Below, piece after piece: positions 37,362 through 47,331 of a stretch of DNA of 64,000 nt. The position numbers were made by a program, and so were the translations under genes. Under the pieces are notes generated by a model, which searched no databases, was not told the origin of the DNA, and saw nothing but the letters and a program-made list of their open reading frames with translations. This DNA comes from Escherichia coli (GTDB lineage Bacteria; Pseudomonadota; Gammaproteobacteria; Enterobacterales; Enterobacteriaceae): NCBI RefSeq assembly GCF_003018115.1, contig NZ_CP027457.1, one strand, 5' to 3'. Every line of letters begins with the position of its first letter. Position 1 is the stretch's first letter.

Positions 37362-38639
37362 TTACTTGCTGCTAGCTATTGCGGGGGCGCTATCAGCAGT
37401 ACGAATTTTTTGGAACAGCAAAAAGGTAAAGACAATCACCATGGCAAGCGCCGCCATTCCCATCAGCCACATATTGCGGTAGGCTTCTGCTGCGGGCAGG
37501 GTGTCTTGCCAGTGGCCGATAATTGGGTAAACGAAGACATCCGGCAGGAATCCAATCACCGAACAAATACCTACCGTGGTGCCCATAATGTAAGACGGTG
37601 TTCTCGCTTCGCCAGGGCAGGCCCAGTACAGCCCGCGTGAGGCGTAACAGGTGAATCCCAGCAGTATAATCAGGCCAATCCCCATCGCGACCGATTGCGG
37701 GTTAGAGTTCGTGACGAGCAGGGCAGTTAACGCCAGCAGGCCGAGTACGGAAAGGATTTGGATCACGCGGGTAGGGGATTTCACTTTACTGTAGGTGGTG
37801 ATAATGCCGCCAAGTGGGCCGCACAGCGCGCGGAAGATTTTGTTGATCACAATCCCCATGTAGCTCGCCGCCACCAGCGACATGCCGTACATTTCGGTCA
37901 GATAGTTGGTGGAGTAACTCAGAATGGCGTAGATGGTGAAGACACCAAAAATCACCATGCTGCAATACCAGGTGGTGCTGATGCGCAAAACGGCCAGGAT
38001 GTCGCTAAGCTGGAATGACTGTTTTTCTTCGTTATTGGCACTGCGCAGGTTGTTGTTATCGCTAACAAAAAACCAGCACAGAATCCCCAACAAGATGTAA
38101 ACCACACTATAGATGATAATGACCGTTTTCAGGCTGGTGCTGTCATCCGGTGCAAAGCGAGAAAAGACCCACATGGTAAACACCGCCAGCGACATTACAC
38201 CGACGCCGCGCAGCCCTTCCATCCAGCCCATAATTTTCCCTTGCTCGCTATGATCGCCAAGCAACGAGGCGGCTTTAATCGACACCGACCACAGCATTAA
38301 AATCGTTGTTATCGCAAAGGCGACCTGAATACAGAGCATTACCCACAGCGGTGGATACGTTGCCATTAACAGACCCAGTAATCCGGTAATGATCATCGCG
38401 GAAGTAATCATTTTGCGGTGTGAAAATTTATCGGCAATAACGCCGCTGGGGGCATAAAGAATAATAGCCGCAATACCAAAGGTACTCATTATTAAACCTA
38501 TCTCGGTATTGCTGAATCCCATAAATTTCGCCATGGGAATTTGATAAATATAACGTAAATAAGCCAGGTCGAAACTAACGCCGCCGCTAAAACTAATTAT
38601 CGCGAGGGTTATCCAACGGCGATATGAGTTGTGTTGCAT
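37362..38639 (-). CDS. yqcE: MFS transporter
   Basis: 425-aa polytopic membrane ORF. Confidence 0.75.
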   Translation of the reverse strand: MQHNSYRRWITLAIISFSGGVSFDLAYLRYIYQIPMAKFMGFSNTEIGLIMSTFGIAAIILYAPSGVIADKFSHRKMITSAMIITGLLGLLMATYPPLWVMLCIQVAFAITTILMLWSVSIKAASLLGDHSEQGKIMGWMEGLRGVGVMSLAVFTMWVFSRFAPDDSTSLKTVIIIYSVVYILLGILCWFFVSDNNNLRSANNEEKQSFQLSDILAVLRISTTWYCSMVIFGVFTIYAILSYSTNYLTEMYGMSLVAASYMGIVINKIFRALCGPLGGIITTYSKVKSPTRVIQILSVLGLLALTALLVTNSNPQSVAMGIGLIILLGFTCYASRGLYWACPGEARTPSYIMGTTVGICSVIGFLPDVFVYPIIGHWQDTLPAAEAYRNMWLMGMAALAMVIVFTFLLFQKIRTADSAPAIASSK

Positions 38640-38663
38640 ATCGTATTCCCATTTGTAATAGAC

Positions 38664-38711
38664 AAAAAAAAGAGAAAAGTAAGCCTCCCTTTCAGGTGGA
38701 TTACTTTTCTC
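38664..38711 (-). terminator. leader intrinsic terminator about 25 nt upstream of the yqcE start (11-bp stem GAGAAAAGTAA / TTACTTTTCTC, 18-nt loop, T8 on minus strand)
   Basis: Perfect inverted repeat 38672-38682 / 38701-38711 with A8 at 38664-38671 on plus strand. Confidence 0.6.
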
Positions 38712-38760
38712 AGGTCTCTAGTAATTGAAATAATAAATAACATGGAAAGCAGAGGTGTTG

Positions 38761-38833
38761 TGTGAGAGTAATCACGCTTCTGCTTTTTAAAATTATTTGA
38801 CAATACGAATATCACACTGTGATTACGATCACA
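38761..38833. promoter_or_regulatory. two CRP-type sites: TGTGAGAGTAATCACG (38761-38776) and perfect TGTGATTACGATCACA (38818-38833); TTGACA -35-like hexamer at 38797-38802
   Basis: Match to CRP consensus TGTGA-N6-TCACA read directly. Confidence 0.6.
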
Positions 38834-38886
38834 TTAGCAGTTATGTCCTTATGCTAAAAATTATCTCCAGTTACCAGAGATAATGA

Positions 38887-38933
38887 GAAAGGTAACTTCC
38901 CTCTCGCGGGGGAAGTTACCTTTCTTTTTTTTT
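38887..38933 (+). terminator. leader intrinsic terminator 24 nt upstream of the ygcW start (15-bp perfect stem GAAAGGTAACTTCCC / GGGAAGTTACCTTTC, 8-nt loop, T9)
   Basis: Read directly; sits between the putative promoter and the ygcW RBS (GGAG 38946-38949). Confidence 0.7.
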
Positions 38934-38957
38934 GCCTTACGGAAATTGGAGCTAACT

Positions 38958-39743
38958 ATGTCAATCGAATCTCTCAATGCGTTCTCAATGGATTTTTTCT
39001 CCCTGAAAGGTAAAACAGCAATTGTTACCGGCGGGAATAGCGGTTTAGGTCAGGCATTTGCAATGGCGTTGGCCAAAGCTGGCGCAAATATTTTTATTCC
39101 AAGTTTTGTCAAAGATAACGGCGAAACAAAGGAAATGATTGAAAAACAGGGTGTTGAAGTGGACTTCATGCAGGTGGATATCACCGCAGAAGGCGCACCG
39201 CAGAAGATTATCGCTGCCTGCTGTGAGCGCTTCGGTACCGTCGATATTCTGGTTAACAATGCCGGTATTTGTAAGCTGAATAAGGTGCTGGATTTCGGTC
39301 GTGCCGACTGGGATCCAATGATTGATGTGAACCTGACCGCCGCATTCGAGTTAAGCTACGAAGCGGCAAAAATTATGATCCCGCAGAAAAGCGGTAAAAT
39401 TATTAATATCTGTTCATTGTTCTCTTACTTAGGTGGACAATGGTCACCTGCTTATTCAGCCACTAAACATGCTCTTGCCGGATTCACCAAATCCTATTGC
39501 GATGAATTAGGTCAATATAATATTCAGGTGAATGGTATTGCCCCGGGATATTACGCTACCGATATCACTCTGGCGACCCGTAGTAATCCAGAAACTAACC
39601 AGCGCGTTCTTGATCATATTCCGGCAAACCGTTGGGGCGATACTCAGGATTTAATGGGCGCAGCCGTATTCCTCGCAAGTCCGGCATCGAATTATGTCAA
39701 CGGGCATTTATTAGTGGTTGATGGCGGTTATTTAGTGCGCTAA
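38958..39743 (+). CDS. ygcW: short-chain dehydrogenase/reductase (SDR)
   Basis: ORF from MSIESLNAFSMDFFSLKGKTAIVTGGNSGLG (Rossmann TGGxSGxG); ORF-track N-terminal extension rejected. Confidence 0.8.
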   Translation: MSIESLNAFSMDFFSLKGKTAIVTGGNSGLGQAFAMALAKAGANIFIPSFVKDNGETKEMIEKQGVEVDFMQVDITAEGAPQKIIAACCERFGTVDILVNNAGICKLNKVLDFGRADWDPMIDVNLTAAFELSYEAAKIMIPQKSGKIINICSLFSYLGGQWSPAYSATKHALAGFTKSYCDELGQYNIQVNGIAPGYYATDITLATRSNPETNQRVLDHIPANRWGDTQDLMGAAVFLASPASNYVNGHLLVVDGGYLVR

Positions 39744-39812
39744 CCCATAACGGTGGTTTCTGTTTTCTCTTATTAATGATTATTCCATTTTTATTATCAG
39801 GAAGGAATTACT

Positions 39813-41267
39813 ATGTCTTTATCTCGCGCAGCGATTGTCGACCAGCTAAAGGAAATTGTTGGTGCAGATCGCGTAATTACCGATGAAACAGTATTAAAGA
39901 AGAACAGTATTGACCGTTTTCGTAAATTTCCGGATATTCATGGCATTTATACTTTGCCGATTCCGGCAGCGGTCGTAAAACTCGGTTCCACAGAGCAAGT
40001 ATCCCGTGTGCTGAATTTTATGAATGCGCACAAAATTAACGGTGTGCCGCGTACCGGTGCTTCCGCCACCGAAGGTGGGCTGGAAACTGTTGTAGAAAAC
40101 TCGGTGGTGCTCGACGGTTCCGCCATGAATCAAATCATTAATATTGATATTGAGAATATGCAGGCGACGGCGCAATGTGGCGTTCCGCTGGAGGTGCTGG
40201 AAAACGCGTTGCGTGAAAAAGGTTACACCACGGGGCATTCTCCGCAGTCAAAGCCGCTGGCGCAGATGGGCGGCCTGGTAGCAACCCGCAGTATCGGGCA
40301 GTTCTCCACACTCTACGGCGCAATCGAAGATATGGTCGTTGGTCTGGAAGCAGTATTGGCTGATGGCACCGTGACACGTATTAAAAACGTGCCACGCCGC
40401 GCGGCTGGCCCGGACATTCGTCACATCATCATCGGCAACGAAGGTGCATTGTGCTATATCACTGAAGTAACAGTGAAAATCTTTAAATTCACCCCGGAAA
40501 ACAACCTCTTCTACGGCTATATCCTGGAAGACATGAAAACCGGCTTCAACATCCTGCGTGAAATCATGGTGGAAGGGTATCGTCCGTCGATCGCTCGTTT
40601 GTATGACGTTGAAGATGGCACCCAACACTTCACCCATTTTGCCGACGGAAAATGCGTGCTGATCTTTATGGCTGAAGGTAACCCTCGCATTGCGAAGGCG
40701 ACGGGCGAAGGGATTGCGGAAATCGTTGCCCGCTACCCGCAATGCCAGCGCGTGGACAGCAAGCTGATCGAAACCTGGTTTAACAACCTGAACTGGGGAC
40801 CGGATAAAGTGGCTGCCGAACGTGTGCAGATCCTCAAAACCGGCAACATGGGCTTTACCACCGAAGTGTCCGGCTGCTGGAGCTGCATCCACGAAATCTA
40901 CGAAAGTGTTATTAACCGTATTCGTACCGAGTTCCCGCACGCCGACGACATCACTATGCTGGGCGGTCACTCCTCTCATAGCTATCAGAACGGCACCAAC
41001 ATGTACTTCGTCTACGACTACAACGTTGTCGACTGTAAGCCGGAAGAGGAAATCGACAAGTACCACAATCCGCTCAACAAAATCATTTGCGAAGAAACCA
41101 TTCGCCTCGGTGGTTCGATGGTGCACCACCACGGTATCGGTAAACATCGCGTTCACTGGAGCAAACTGGAACACGGCAGCGCGTGGGCGTTGCTGGAAGG
41201 GCTGAAAAAGCAATTCGATCCTAACGGCATTATGAACGCGGGTACTATCTATCCGATTGAAAAATAA
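39813..41267 (+). CDS. ygcU: FAD-linked oxidase (glycolate oxidase / alkyl-DHAP synthase-like)
   Basis: 484-aa ORF. Confidence 0.75.
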   Translation: MSLSRAAIVDQLKEIVGADRVITDETVLKKNSIDRFRKFPDIHGIYTLPIPAAVVKLGSTEQVSRVLNFMNAHKINGVPRTGASATEGGLETVVENSVVLDGSAMNQIINIDIENMQATAQCGVPLEVLENALREKGYTTGHSPQSKPLAQMGGLVATRSIGQFSTLYGAIEDMVVGLEAVLADGTVTRIKNVPRRAAGPDIRHIIIGNEGALCYITEVTVKIFKFTPENNLFYGYILEDMKTGFNILREIMVEGYRPSIARLYDVEDGTQHFTHFADGKCVLIFMAEGNPRIAKATGEGIAEIVARYPQCQRVDSKLIETWFNNLNWGPDKVAAERVQILKTGNMGFTTEVSGCWSCIHEIYESVINRIRTEFPHADDITMLGGHSSHSYQNGTNMYFVYDYNVVDCKPEEEIDKYHNPLNKIICEETIRLGGSMVHHHGIGKHRVHWSKLEHGSAWALLEGLKKQFDPNGIMNAGTIYPIEK

Positions 41268-41360
41268 TGTGTCAGGCAGCGTCCCGTGATGACGGGGCGT
41301 TGCCTTTTCGGCTTCTCAGGTGAGAAGCCGTTCTTATTACCGGACAATGAAGGGGTAAAG

Positions 41361-42698
41361 ATGAACACTTCACCGGTGCGAATGGATGATTTACCGCTTA
41401 ACCGTTTTCACTGTCGAATTGCTGCGCTCACTTTCGGCGCACACCTGACCGACGGTTATGTTCTCGGCGTCATTGGTTACGCCATTATTCAACTTACGCC
41501 CGCCATGCAACTGACGCCGTTTATGGCGGGAATGATCGGCGGCTCGGCGCTCCTTGGTTTGTTTCTTGGCAGCCTGGTTCTTGGGTGGATCTCCGACCAT
41601 ATTGGTCGGCAAAAAATCTTCACCTTCAGCTTTTTGCTGATTACGCTCGCTTCGTTCTTGCAATTTTTTGCCACCACGCCAGAGCATCTTATTGGGCTGC
41701 GCATTTTGATCGGCATTGGGCTGGGAGGCGATTACTCAGTCGGTCACACCTTGCTGGCTGAATTTTCCCCGCGCCGCCATCGCGGTGTTTTGCTGGGCGC
41801 ATTCAGCGTGGTGTGGACCGTAGGCTATGTGCTGGCAAGTATTGCCGGACATCACTTTATTTCCGAAAACCCGGAGGCCTGGCGCTGGCTACTGGCATCG
41901 GCAGCTCTGCCCGCGTTGTTGATTACGTTATTACGCTGGGGAACGCCAGAATCGCCACGCTGGCTACTGCGCCAGGGGCGTTTTGCAGAAGCTCACGCTA
42001 TCGTGCATCGCTATTTTGGTCCCCATGTTTTACTGGGCGATGAAGTGGTAACGGCGACCCATAAACACATCAAAACCTTGTTCTCTTCGCGTTACTGGCG
42101 GCGCACGGCGTTTAACAGCGTCTTCTTTGTCTGCCTCGTAATCCCATGGTTTGTGATTTATACCTGGCTGCCAACTATCGCCCAGACTATTGGTCTGGAA
42201 GATGCGCTGACTGCCAGCCTGATGCTTAATGCGTTGTTAATTGTGGGCGCGCTGCTGGGATTAGTTCTGACGCACCTGCTGGCACATCGCAAATTTTTGC
42301 TGGGAAGTTTTTTGCTGCTGGCGGCAACGCTGGTAGTAATGGCCTGTTTGCCTTCCGGCAGTTCATTAACGCTGCTGCTTTTTGTTCTCTTCAGCACCAC
42401 CATTTCGGCAGTCAGTAATCTGGTGGGCATTTTGCCTGCGGAAAGTTTTCCTACTGACATTCGCTCGCTGGGCGTCGGTTTTGCCACCGCCATGAGTCGA
42501 CTTGGCGCGGCGGTAAGTACTGGCCTGCTGCCGTGGGTGCTGGCGCAGTGGGGAATGCAAGTCACCTTATTGCTCCTGGCGACAGTGTTGTTGGTTGGTT
42601 TTGTTGTGACCTGGCTATGGGCACCAGAAACCAAAGCCCTCCCGCTGGTGGCGGCGGGAAATGTAGGAGGTGCGAATGAACATTCTGTTAGCGTTTAA
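41361..42698 (+). CDS. ygcS: MFS sugar-type transporter
   Basis: Membrane ORF from MNTSPVRMDDLPLNRF... Confidence 0.75.
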   Translation: MNTSPVRMDDLPLNRFHCRIAALTFGAHLTDGYVLGVIGYAIIQLTPAMQLTPFMAGMIGGSALLGLFLGSLVLGWISDHIGRQKIFTFSFLLITLASFLQFFATTPEHLIGLRILIGIGLGGDYSVGHTLLAEFSPRRHRGVLLGAFSVVWTVGYVLASIAGHHFISENPEAWRWLLASAALPALLITLLRWGTPESPRWLLRQGRFAEAHAIVHRYFGPHVLLGDEVVTATHKHIKTLFSSRYWRRTAFNSVFFVCLVIPWFVIYTWLPTIAQTIGLEDALTASLMLNALLIVGALLGLVLTHLLAHRKFLLGSFLLLAATLVVMACLPSGSSLTLLLFVLFSTTISAVSNLVGILPAESFPTDIRSLGVGFATAMSRLGAAVSTGLLPWVLAQWGMQVTLLLLATVLLVGFVVTWLWAPETKALPLVAAGNVGGANEHSVSV

Positions 42699-43455
42699 AG
42701 CCGAACCGGATGCCGGAATGCTGGCGGAAAAAGAGTGGCGGGCGGCGGCTCAGGGTAATAGCGGACCGGATATTTCGCTACTGCGAAGTTTACTCGGTGC
42801 TGATGAACAGGCTGCCGCCGCGCTGCTGTTGGCGCAGAGAAAAAACGGTACGCCGATGTCTTTAACCGCGTTGAGCATGGGGGATGAACGGGCGTTGCAC
42901 TGGCTGCGCTATCTCATGGCTCTTGGGTTTGAGGAAGCTGTATTGCTGGAGACGGCGGCAGATCTGCGCTTTGCGCCGGAATTTGTCGCTCGCCATATTG
43001 CCGAATGGCAGCGTCAGAATCCGCTGGATCTGATAATTACCGGCTGCCAAAGCAGCGAAGGGCAGAATGGGCAAACGCCATTTTTGCTGGCGGAAATGCT
43101 GGGCTGGCCCTGCTTCACCCAGGTGGAGCGTTTCACTCTCGACGCGCTGTTTATCACCCTCGAACAGCGTACTGAACATGGGTTGCGTTGTTGCCGGGTT
43201 CGCTTGCCTGCGGTGATTGCCGTGCGTCAGTGCGGTGAAGTGGCCTTGCCAGTACCGGGAATGCGCCAGCGAATGGCTGCGGGGAAAGCAGAAATTATCC
43301 GTAAAACTGTTGCTGCCGAAATGCCAGCGATGCAGTGTCTGCAACTGGCAAGAGCAGAGCAACGACGCGGAGCGACGCTGATTGATGGGCAAACGGTAGC
43401 AGAAAAAGCTCAAAAGCTATGGCAGGACTATTTACGCCAAAGGATGCAGCCATGA
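42676..43455 (+). CDS. ygcR: electron-transfer-flavoprotein beta-subunit-like protein
   Basis: ORF MNILLAFKAEPDAGML..., FixA/EtfB-like. Confidence 0.75.
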   Translation: MNILLAFKAEPDAGMLAEKEWRAAAQGNSGPDISLLRSLLGADEQAAAALLLAQRKNGTPMSLTALSMGDERALHWLRYLMALGFEEAVLLETAADLRFAPEFVARHIAEWQRQNPLDLIITGCQSSEGQNGQTPFLLAEMLGWPCFTQVERFTLDALFITLEQRTEHGLRCCRVRLPAVIAVRQCGEVALPVPGMRQRMAAGKAEIIRKTVAAEMPAMQCLQLARAEQRRGATLIDGQTVAEKAQKLWQDYLRQRMQP

Positions 43456-44312
43456 ATATCGCAATTGTGACAATAAATCAGGAGAATGCCGCAATAGCAA
43501 GCTGGCTGGCGGCGCAGGATTTCAGCGGTTGTACCCTGGCGCACTGGCAGATTGAACCTCAGCCTGTAGTGGCGGAACAGGTGCTGGATGCGTTGGTGGA
43601 ACAGTGGCAGCGAACGCCTGCGGACGTTGTTCTCTTTCCGCCGGGAACGTTTGGCGATGAACTGTCGACCCGGCTGGCCTGGCGTTTACATGGTGCAAGC
43701 ATCTGCCAGGTGACTTCGTTAGATATTCCAACCGTAAGCGTGCGCAAATCCCACTGGGGAAATGCGCTAACGGCGACGCTGCAAACAGAAAAACGCCCGC
43801 TATGCCTTTCCCAGGCGCGTCAGGCGGGAGCAGCGAAAAACGCCACGTTGCCCTCTGGAATGCAACAACTGAACATTGTCCCGGGTGCGCTTCCCGACTG
43901 GCTGGTTAGCACAGAGGATCTGAAAAATGTTACTCGCGACCCATTAGCTGAGGCCAGACGGGTGCTGGTGGTGGGGCAGGGCGGAGAGGCAGATAACCAG
44001 GAAATCGCTATGCTGGCAGAAAAGCTGGGAGCCGAAGTGGGCTACAGTCGGGCGCGAGTGATGAACGGTGGCGTTGATGCTGAAAAAGTGATTGGTATTT
44101 CCGGACATCTGCTGGCACCTGAGGTGTGTATTGTTGTTGGCGCTTCTGGCGCAGCAGCGTTAATGGCGGGCGTACGCAATAGCAAGTTTGTGGTGGCGAT
44201 TAATCATGACGCCAGCGCTGCGGTATTTTCACAGGTAGATGTTGGCGTGGTTGATGACTGGAAAGTGGTGCTGGAGGCACTGGTGACAAACATTCACGCA
44301 GATTGCCAATAA
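43452..44312 (+). CDS. ygcQ: electron-transfer-flavoprotein alpha-subunit-like protein
   Basis: ORF MNIAIVTINQENAAIASWLAAQ..., FixB/EtfA-like. Confidence 0.75.
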   Translation: MNIAIVTINQENAAIASWLAAQDFSGCTLAHWQIEPQPVVAEQVLDALVEQWQRTPADVVLFPPGTFGDELSTRLAWRLHGASICQVTSLDIPTVSVRKSHWGNALTATLQTEKRPLCLSQARQAGAAKNATLPSGMQQLNIVPGALPDWLVSTEDLKNVTRDPLAEARRVLVVGQGGEADNQEIAMLAEKLGAEVGYSRARVMNGGVDAEKVIGISGHLLAPEVCIVVGASGAAALMAGVRNSKFVVAINHDASAAVFSQVDVGVVDDWKVVLEALVTNIHADCQ

Positions 44313-44356
44313 CGTGTTGCCGGATGATCCTGCCTACGGTTCTGGCCTGGGGACTT

Positions 44357-44394
44357 GTAGGCCTGATAAGACGCGTCAAGCGTCGCATCAGGCG
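44357..44394. repeat. REP element (TGTAGGCCTGATAAGACGCGTCAAGCGTCGCATCAGGCG) with flanking REP-like halves
   Basis: REP palindrome consensus. Confidence 0.6.
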
Positions 44395-44459
44395 CTGAAT
44401 GTCGGATGTGGCGTGCGGCCTACAAATCAAACCAAATTCAATTGGTTACGATTATCCCG

Positions 44460-45035
44460 TCAAAGTAATTTTTTCGCTAACGTCCAGACCCCGGTATTCG
44501 TGGTGGAAAGCGCCACGACACCCGCGTTAATCGCATTACGCGCATCTTCTTCATCGCACACCAGCCCACCGGCAATCAGCGGTTGGCGGATTTTCTCTGT
44601 CACCCAGCCCAGCACTTTGGGCATACAGCCTGGCAGGATCTCAATACAATCCGGATTCGATTGCGCAACTTGCTTATCAATGTTGTGAAACGAAATTGAA
44701 TCAACAATAAACAGGCGATGAATACAGAAAAAACCTTCCGCTCTTGCCGCTTTCAACATTGAGGCTTTGGTACTGATAATGCCGTCCGCCTCGGTCACCA
44801 GTTTCAAAAACTGAATCACGACTTCTTTATTTGACGCGCCTTCCAGCAAATCAACATGAATAAAAGCATATTTCCCGGCGTTCTTAATCTTTTTAACGAT
44901 ATTACTGATGGTGCAGATATTGCCGTACAACACGGAAATAAACTGGCATTCAGAGTCGATTGCCAGTTGCAGGCTGGCATTATCTTTAACGGCAGCAATC
45001 ACCGGATTCTGGCGGAGCAGGTGTAAGAGGGGCAT
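44460..45035 (-). CDS. ygcP: GlpP-family (glycerol-3-phosphate-responsive-type) antiterminator-like protein
   Basis: 191-aa ORF MPLLHLLRQNPVIAAVKDNASLQLAI... Confidence 0.75.
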   Translation of the reverse strand: MPLLHLLRQNPVIAAVKDNASLQLAIDSECQFISVLYGNICTISNIVKKIKNAGKYAFIHVDLLEGASNKEVVIQFLKLVTEADGIISTKASMLKAARAEGFFCIHRLFIVDSISFHNIDKQVAQSNPDCIEILPGCMPKVLGWVTEKIRQPLIAGGLVCDEEDARNAINAGVVALSTTNTGVWTLAKKLL

Positions 45036-45051
45036 AAATTATCCTTATTAT

Positions 45052-45312
45052 TTATCCAAAGCGGTAGGTGATGCCGAATCCGGAAGGCGGATAGCGCCAC
45101 TGTTGTAGTGTGGATTCGTCGCACAGCAAACGGCAGGTGCCACACTCCAGGCAGCCGTGATAATCAACGCGTAAGTCACCTTCCGGTGTGAGCGAAAAAA
45201 GACCTGCCGGACAGGCGTTAATCAACCGTTGTACCATCTGACGCTCAACGGAGTCAGCCGGAACAATGTGCGGCGCATCAGCAACGCGCCAGAGATTATG
45301 GGCTACAGACAT
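45052..45312 (-). CDS. ygcO: ferredoxin-like protein (FixX-like)
   Basis: ORF MSVAHNLWRVADAPHIV... with CxxC cysteines. Confidence 0.7.
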   Translation of the reverse strand: MSVAHNLWRVADAPHIVPADSVERQMVQRLINACPAGLFSLTPEGDLRVDYHGCLECGTCRLLCDESTLQQWRYPPSGFGITYRFG

Positions 45313-46574
45313 CGCAGACTCCTGATAACATCGCCCGCCAGATGCCACAGGCCATGACGACGTAAATGACGCCAGAATAACTGGCGCAGCGGTGGAACAG
45401 GTTTATCACCCTGATCCCATAAATCGCGGGAAATATCCTGCATTAACGCAGGCCACGCCCGATACCAGCCAGGGCGTTGCAAAAGCGCCGGAACATGCTG
45501 ATAACGTTGTAGAACATCCCATAGCAGGCTGCGCTCTACGTTGTGATGATAAAGCGCAAACAGATTTTGCGGCTCGCGGTGCTGGCAGGCGCTTATCAGC
45601 GTTTGTGCCGCCGCCTGCGCGCCAGTCAGCGCCATATCCATGCCGCGCACGGAAATTCCGGTATTGACGCAACTGCGCAACGCATCGCCCACCAGCAGCC
45701 AGCCGTTACCGGCGTATTGCACCGGCATACTGTGCAAGCCACCTTCTGGCACCAGATGCGCACCATACTCCAGTGATTCCGTGTTTTTGATAAGCGGGCG
45801 CACTGCCGGATGCGCTTTAAAGCGAGTCAGCAGCTCGCTTGCCGGAACACGACTTTGCGTAAGGGAAGAGAGCGGGCAAACAATCCCTAACGAGAGCGTT
45901 TGTTGATTAGTATAAAGAAATGCGCCGCCGGGTAAGTCATCACAGATCCTGCCGCTGAACAGCAACGCTGCGCCTTCGTTTTTCTCCAGATGAAAACGTT
46001 CTTCAATAGCGGATGTTTCCAGCGACAGCACTTCTTTGATCCCCAACGCCATCGCTTCGCCAGCAGGACGAGTCACTAATCCGTGACGTTCAGCCAGGAC
46101 GCTGTTGGCACCTTCTGCCAGCACCACATAACGGGCGCGGAGAATATCGTCACCACAAATGACACCACACACCCTGCCGTTTTCTTCATACAGTGCATCC
46201 ACCGTCGCTCCGGGGATGCATTCGACACCTTCTTTTTCGGCTTCGGCAACCAGCCACGGATCGAACCGTGCACGTAATACACTCCAGGATTCACCGCCGG
46301 GCTGTAAGCTGGAAAACGTCGTTACGCCATCGGGCGTTAACAGGGAAAGGCTTTCGTGAGTGATGCGTCGTTCAAGAGGCGCGGTCAGATGAAACTGAGG
46401 GAGGAGTTCCGCGAGTGCATGGGTATATAACCGCCCGCCGGAAAGATTTTTGCTGCCGGGGATTTCAGCGCGTTCCAGTAACAAAACGGATAAACCCGCT
46501 CGCGCGCAGCGTAACGCGCAAGCGGTGCCTGCAATACCGGCACCAATAATAATAATGTCGCAGTCGTCTTCCAT
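45303..46574 (-). CDS. ygcN: FAD-dependent oxidoreductase (FixC-like)
   Basis: ORF MEDDCDIIIIGAGIAGTACALR... (dinucleotide-binding GxGxxG). Confidence 0.75.
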   Translation of the reverse strand: MEDDCDIIIIGAGIAGTACALRCARAGLSVLLLERAEIPGSKNLSGGRLYTHALAELLPQFHLTAPLERRITHESLSLLTPDGVTTFSSLQPGGESWSVLRARFDPWLVAEAEKEGVECIPGATVDALYEENGRVCGVICGDDILRARYVVLAEGANSVLAERHGLVTRPAGEAMALGIKEVLSLETSAIEERFHLEKNEGAALLFSGRICDDLPGGAFLYTNQQTLSLGIVCPLSSLTQSRVPASELLTRFKAHPAVRPLIKNTESLEYGAHLVPEGGLHSMPVQYAGNGWLLVGDALRSCVNTGISVRGMDMALTGAQAAAQTLISACQHREPQNLFALYHHNVERSLLWDVLQRYQHVPALLQRPGWYRAWPALMQDISRDLWDQGDKPVPPLRQLFWRHLRRHGLWHLAGDVIRSLRCL

Positions 46575-46651
46575 GTCATGCCCCAGATATCCAGAACACA
46601 ACACCCTAACATAGCGTTACTTAAGGGAAATTGACCGCCGACACACTCTTA

Positions 46652-47017
46652 TCATTCGCCGCGATAGATACAACCTGCGGTACAGGTTTCTTTTACCATC
46701 ACCGCACTTAACAGCGGCACAACGGGTTTAACCTGATCCCAAATCCATTTTGCTAAAACCTCGCTGGTTGGGTTTTCCAGACCTGGAATATCATTGAGAT
46801 AATGGTGATCGAGGCGCTCGTAGGTTGGTTTAAACGCCGCTTTTAGTTCAGCGAAATCGATAATCCAGCCCGTATGCGGATCGACTTCCCCGGTAATTTC
46901 CAGTCGCACCATAAAGGAATGCCCGTGCAGGCGACCACATTTATGCCCTTCCGGGACGTGTGGTAAGCGGTGAGCGGCTTCGAAGGTGAAATCTTTAAAT
47001 AACGTGGTGGACATCAT
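46652..47017 (-). CDS. queD: 6-carboxy-5,6,7,8-tetrahydropterin synthase
   Basis: [38 protein letters not shown]...; ORF-track N-terminal extension rejected. Confidence 0.88.
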   Translation of the reverse strand: MMSTTLFKDFTFEAAHRLPHVPEGHKCGRLHGHSFMVRLEITGEVDPHTGWIIDFAELKAAFKPTYERLDHHYLNDIPGLENPTSEVLAKWIWDQVKPVVPLLSAVMVKETCTAGCIYRGE

Positions 47018-47331
47018 AATTTCTCTACAGGACGATAAAACCGCCGTAGAGTACCGGAAAGGCTGTTTTTTCGCATTATCTAAAACGACTTTGTTGCGCA
47101 AAATCGCTGATTTATCTTAATGATTGGCTAAATTCATTTGTTTTTCATTGGGTTGGTTAATCTATTTTGTTGTTAAAGACTATTGCTAAAACAGGTTAGT
47201 CGATTTGGTTATTAGTTATCGCTATCCCGTCTTTAATCCACACCATTTGCCCCGTTAACCTTACCTTCTCTTCTGTTTTTGGGCGCTGACAGGGCGCAGA
47301 AACAGCTTTGCTTACTGGAACATAACGACGC

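Noticed and set aside
38883-38957. N-terminal extension of the ygcW ORF (MRKVTSLSRGKLPFFFFALRKLELT)
   Set aside because: The extension is the translation of the leader terminator hairpin and T-tract; the real start is the RBS-preceded ATG at 38958.
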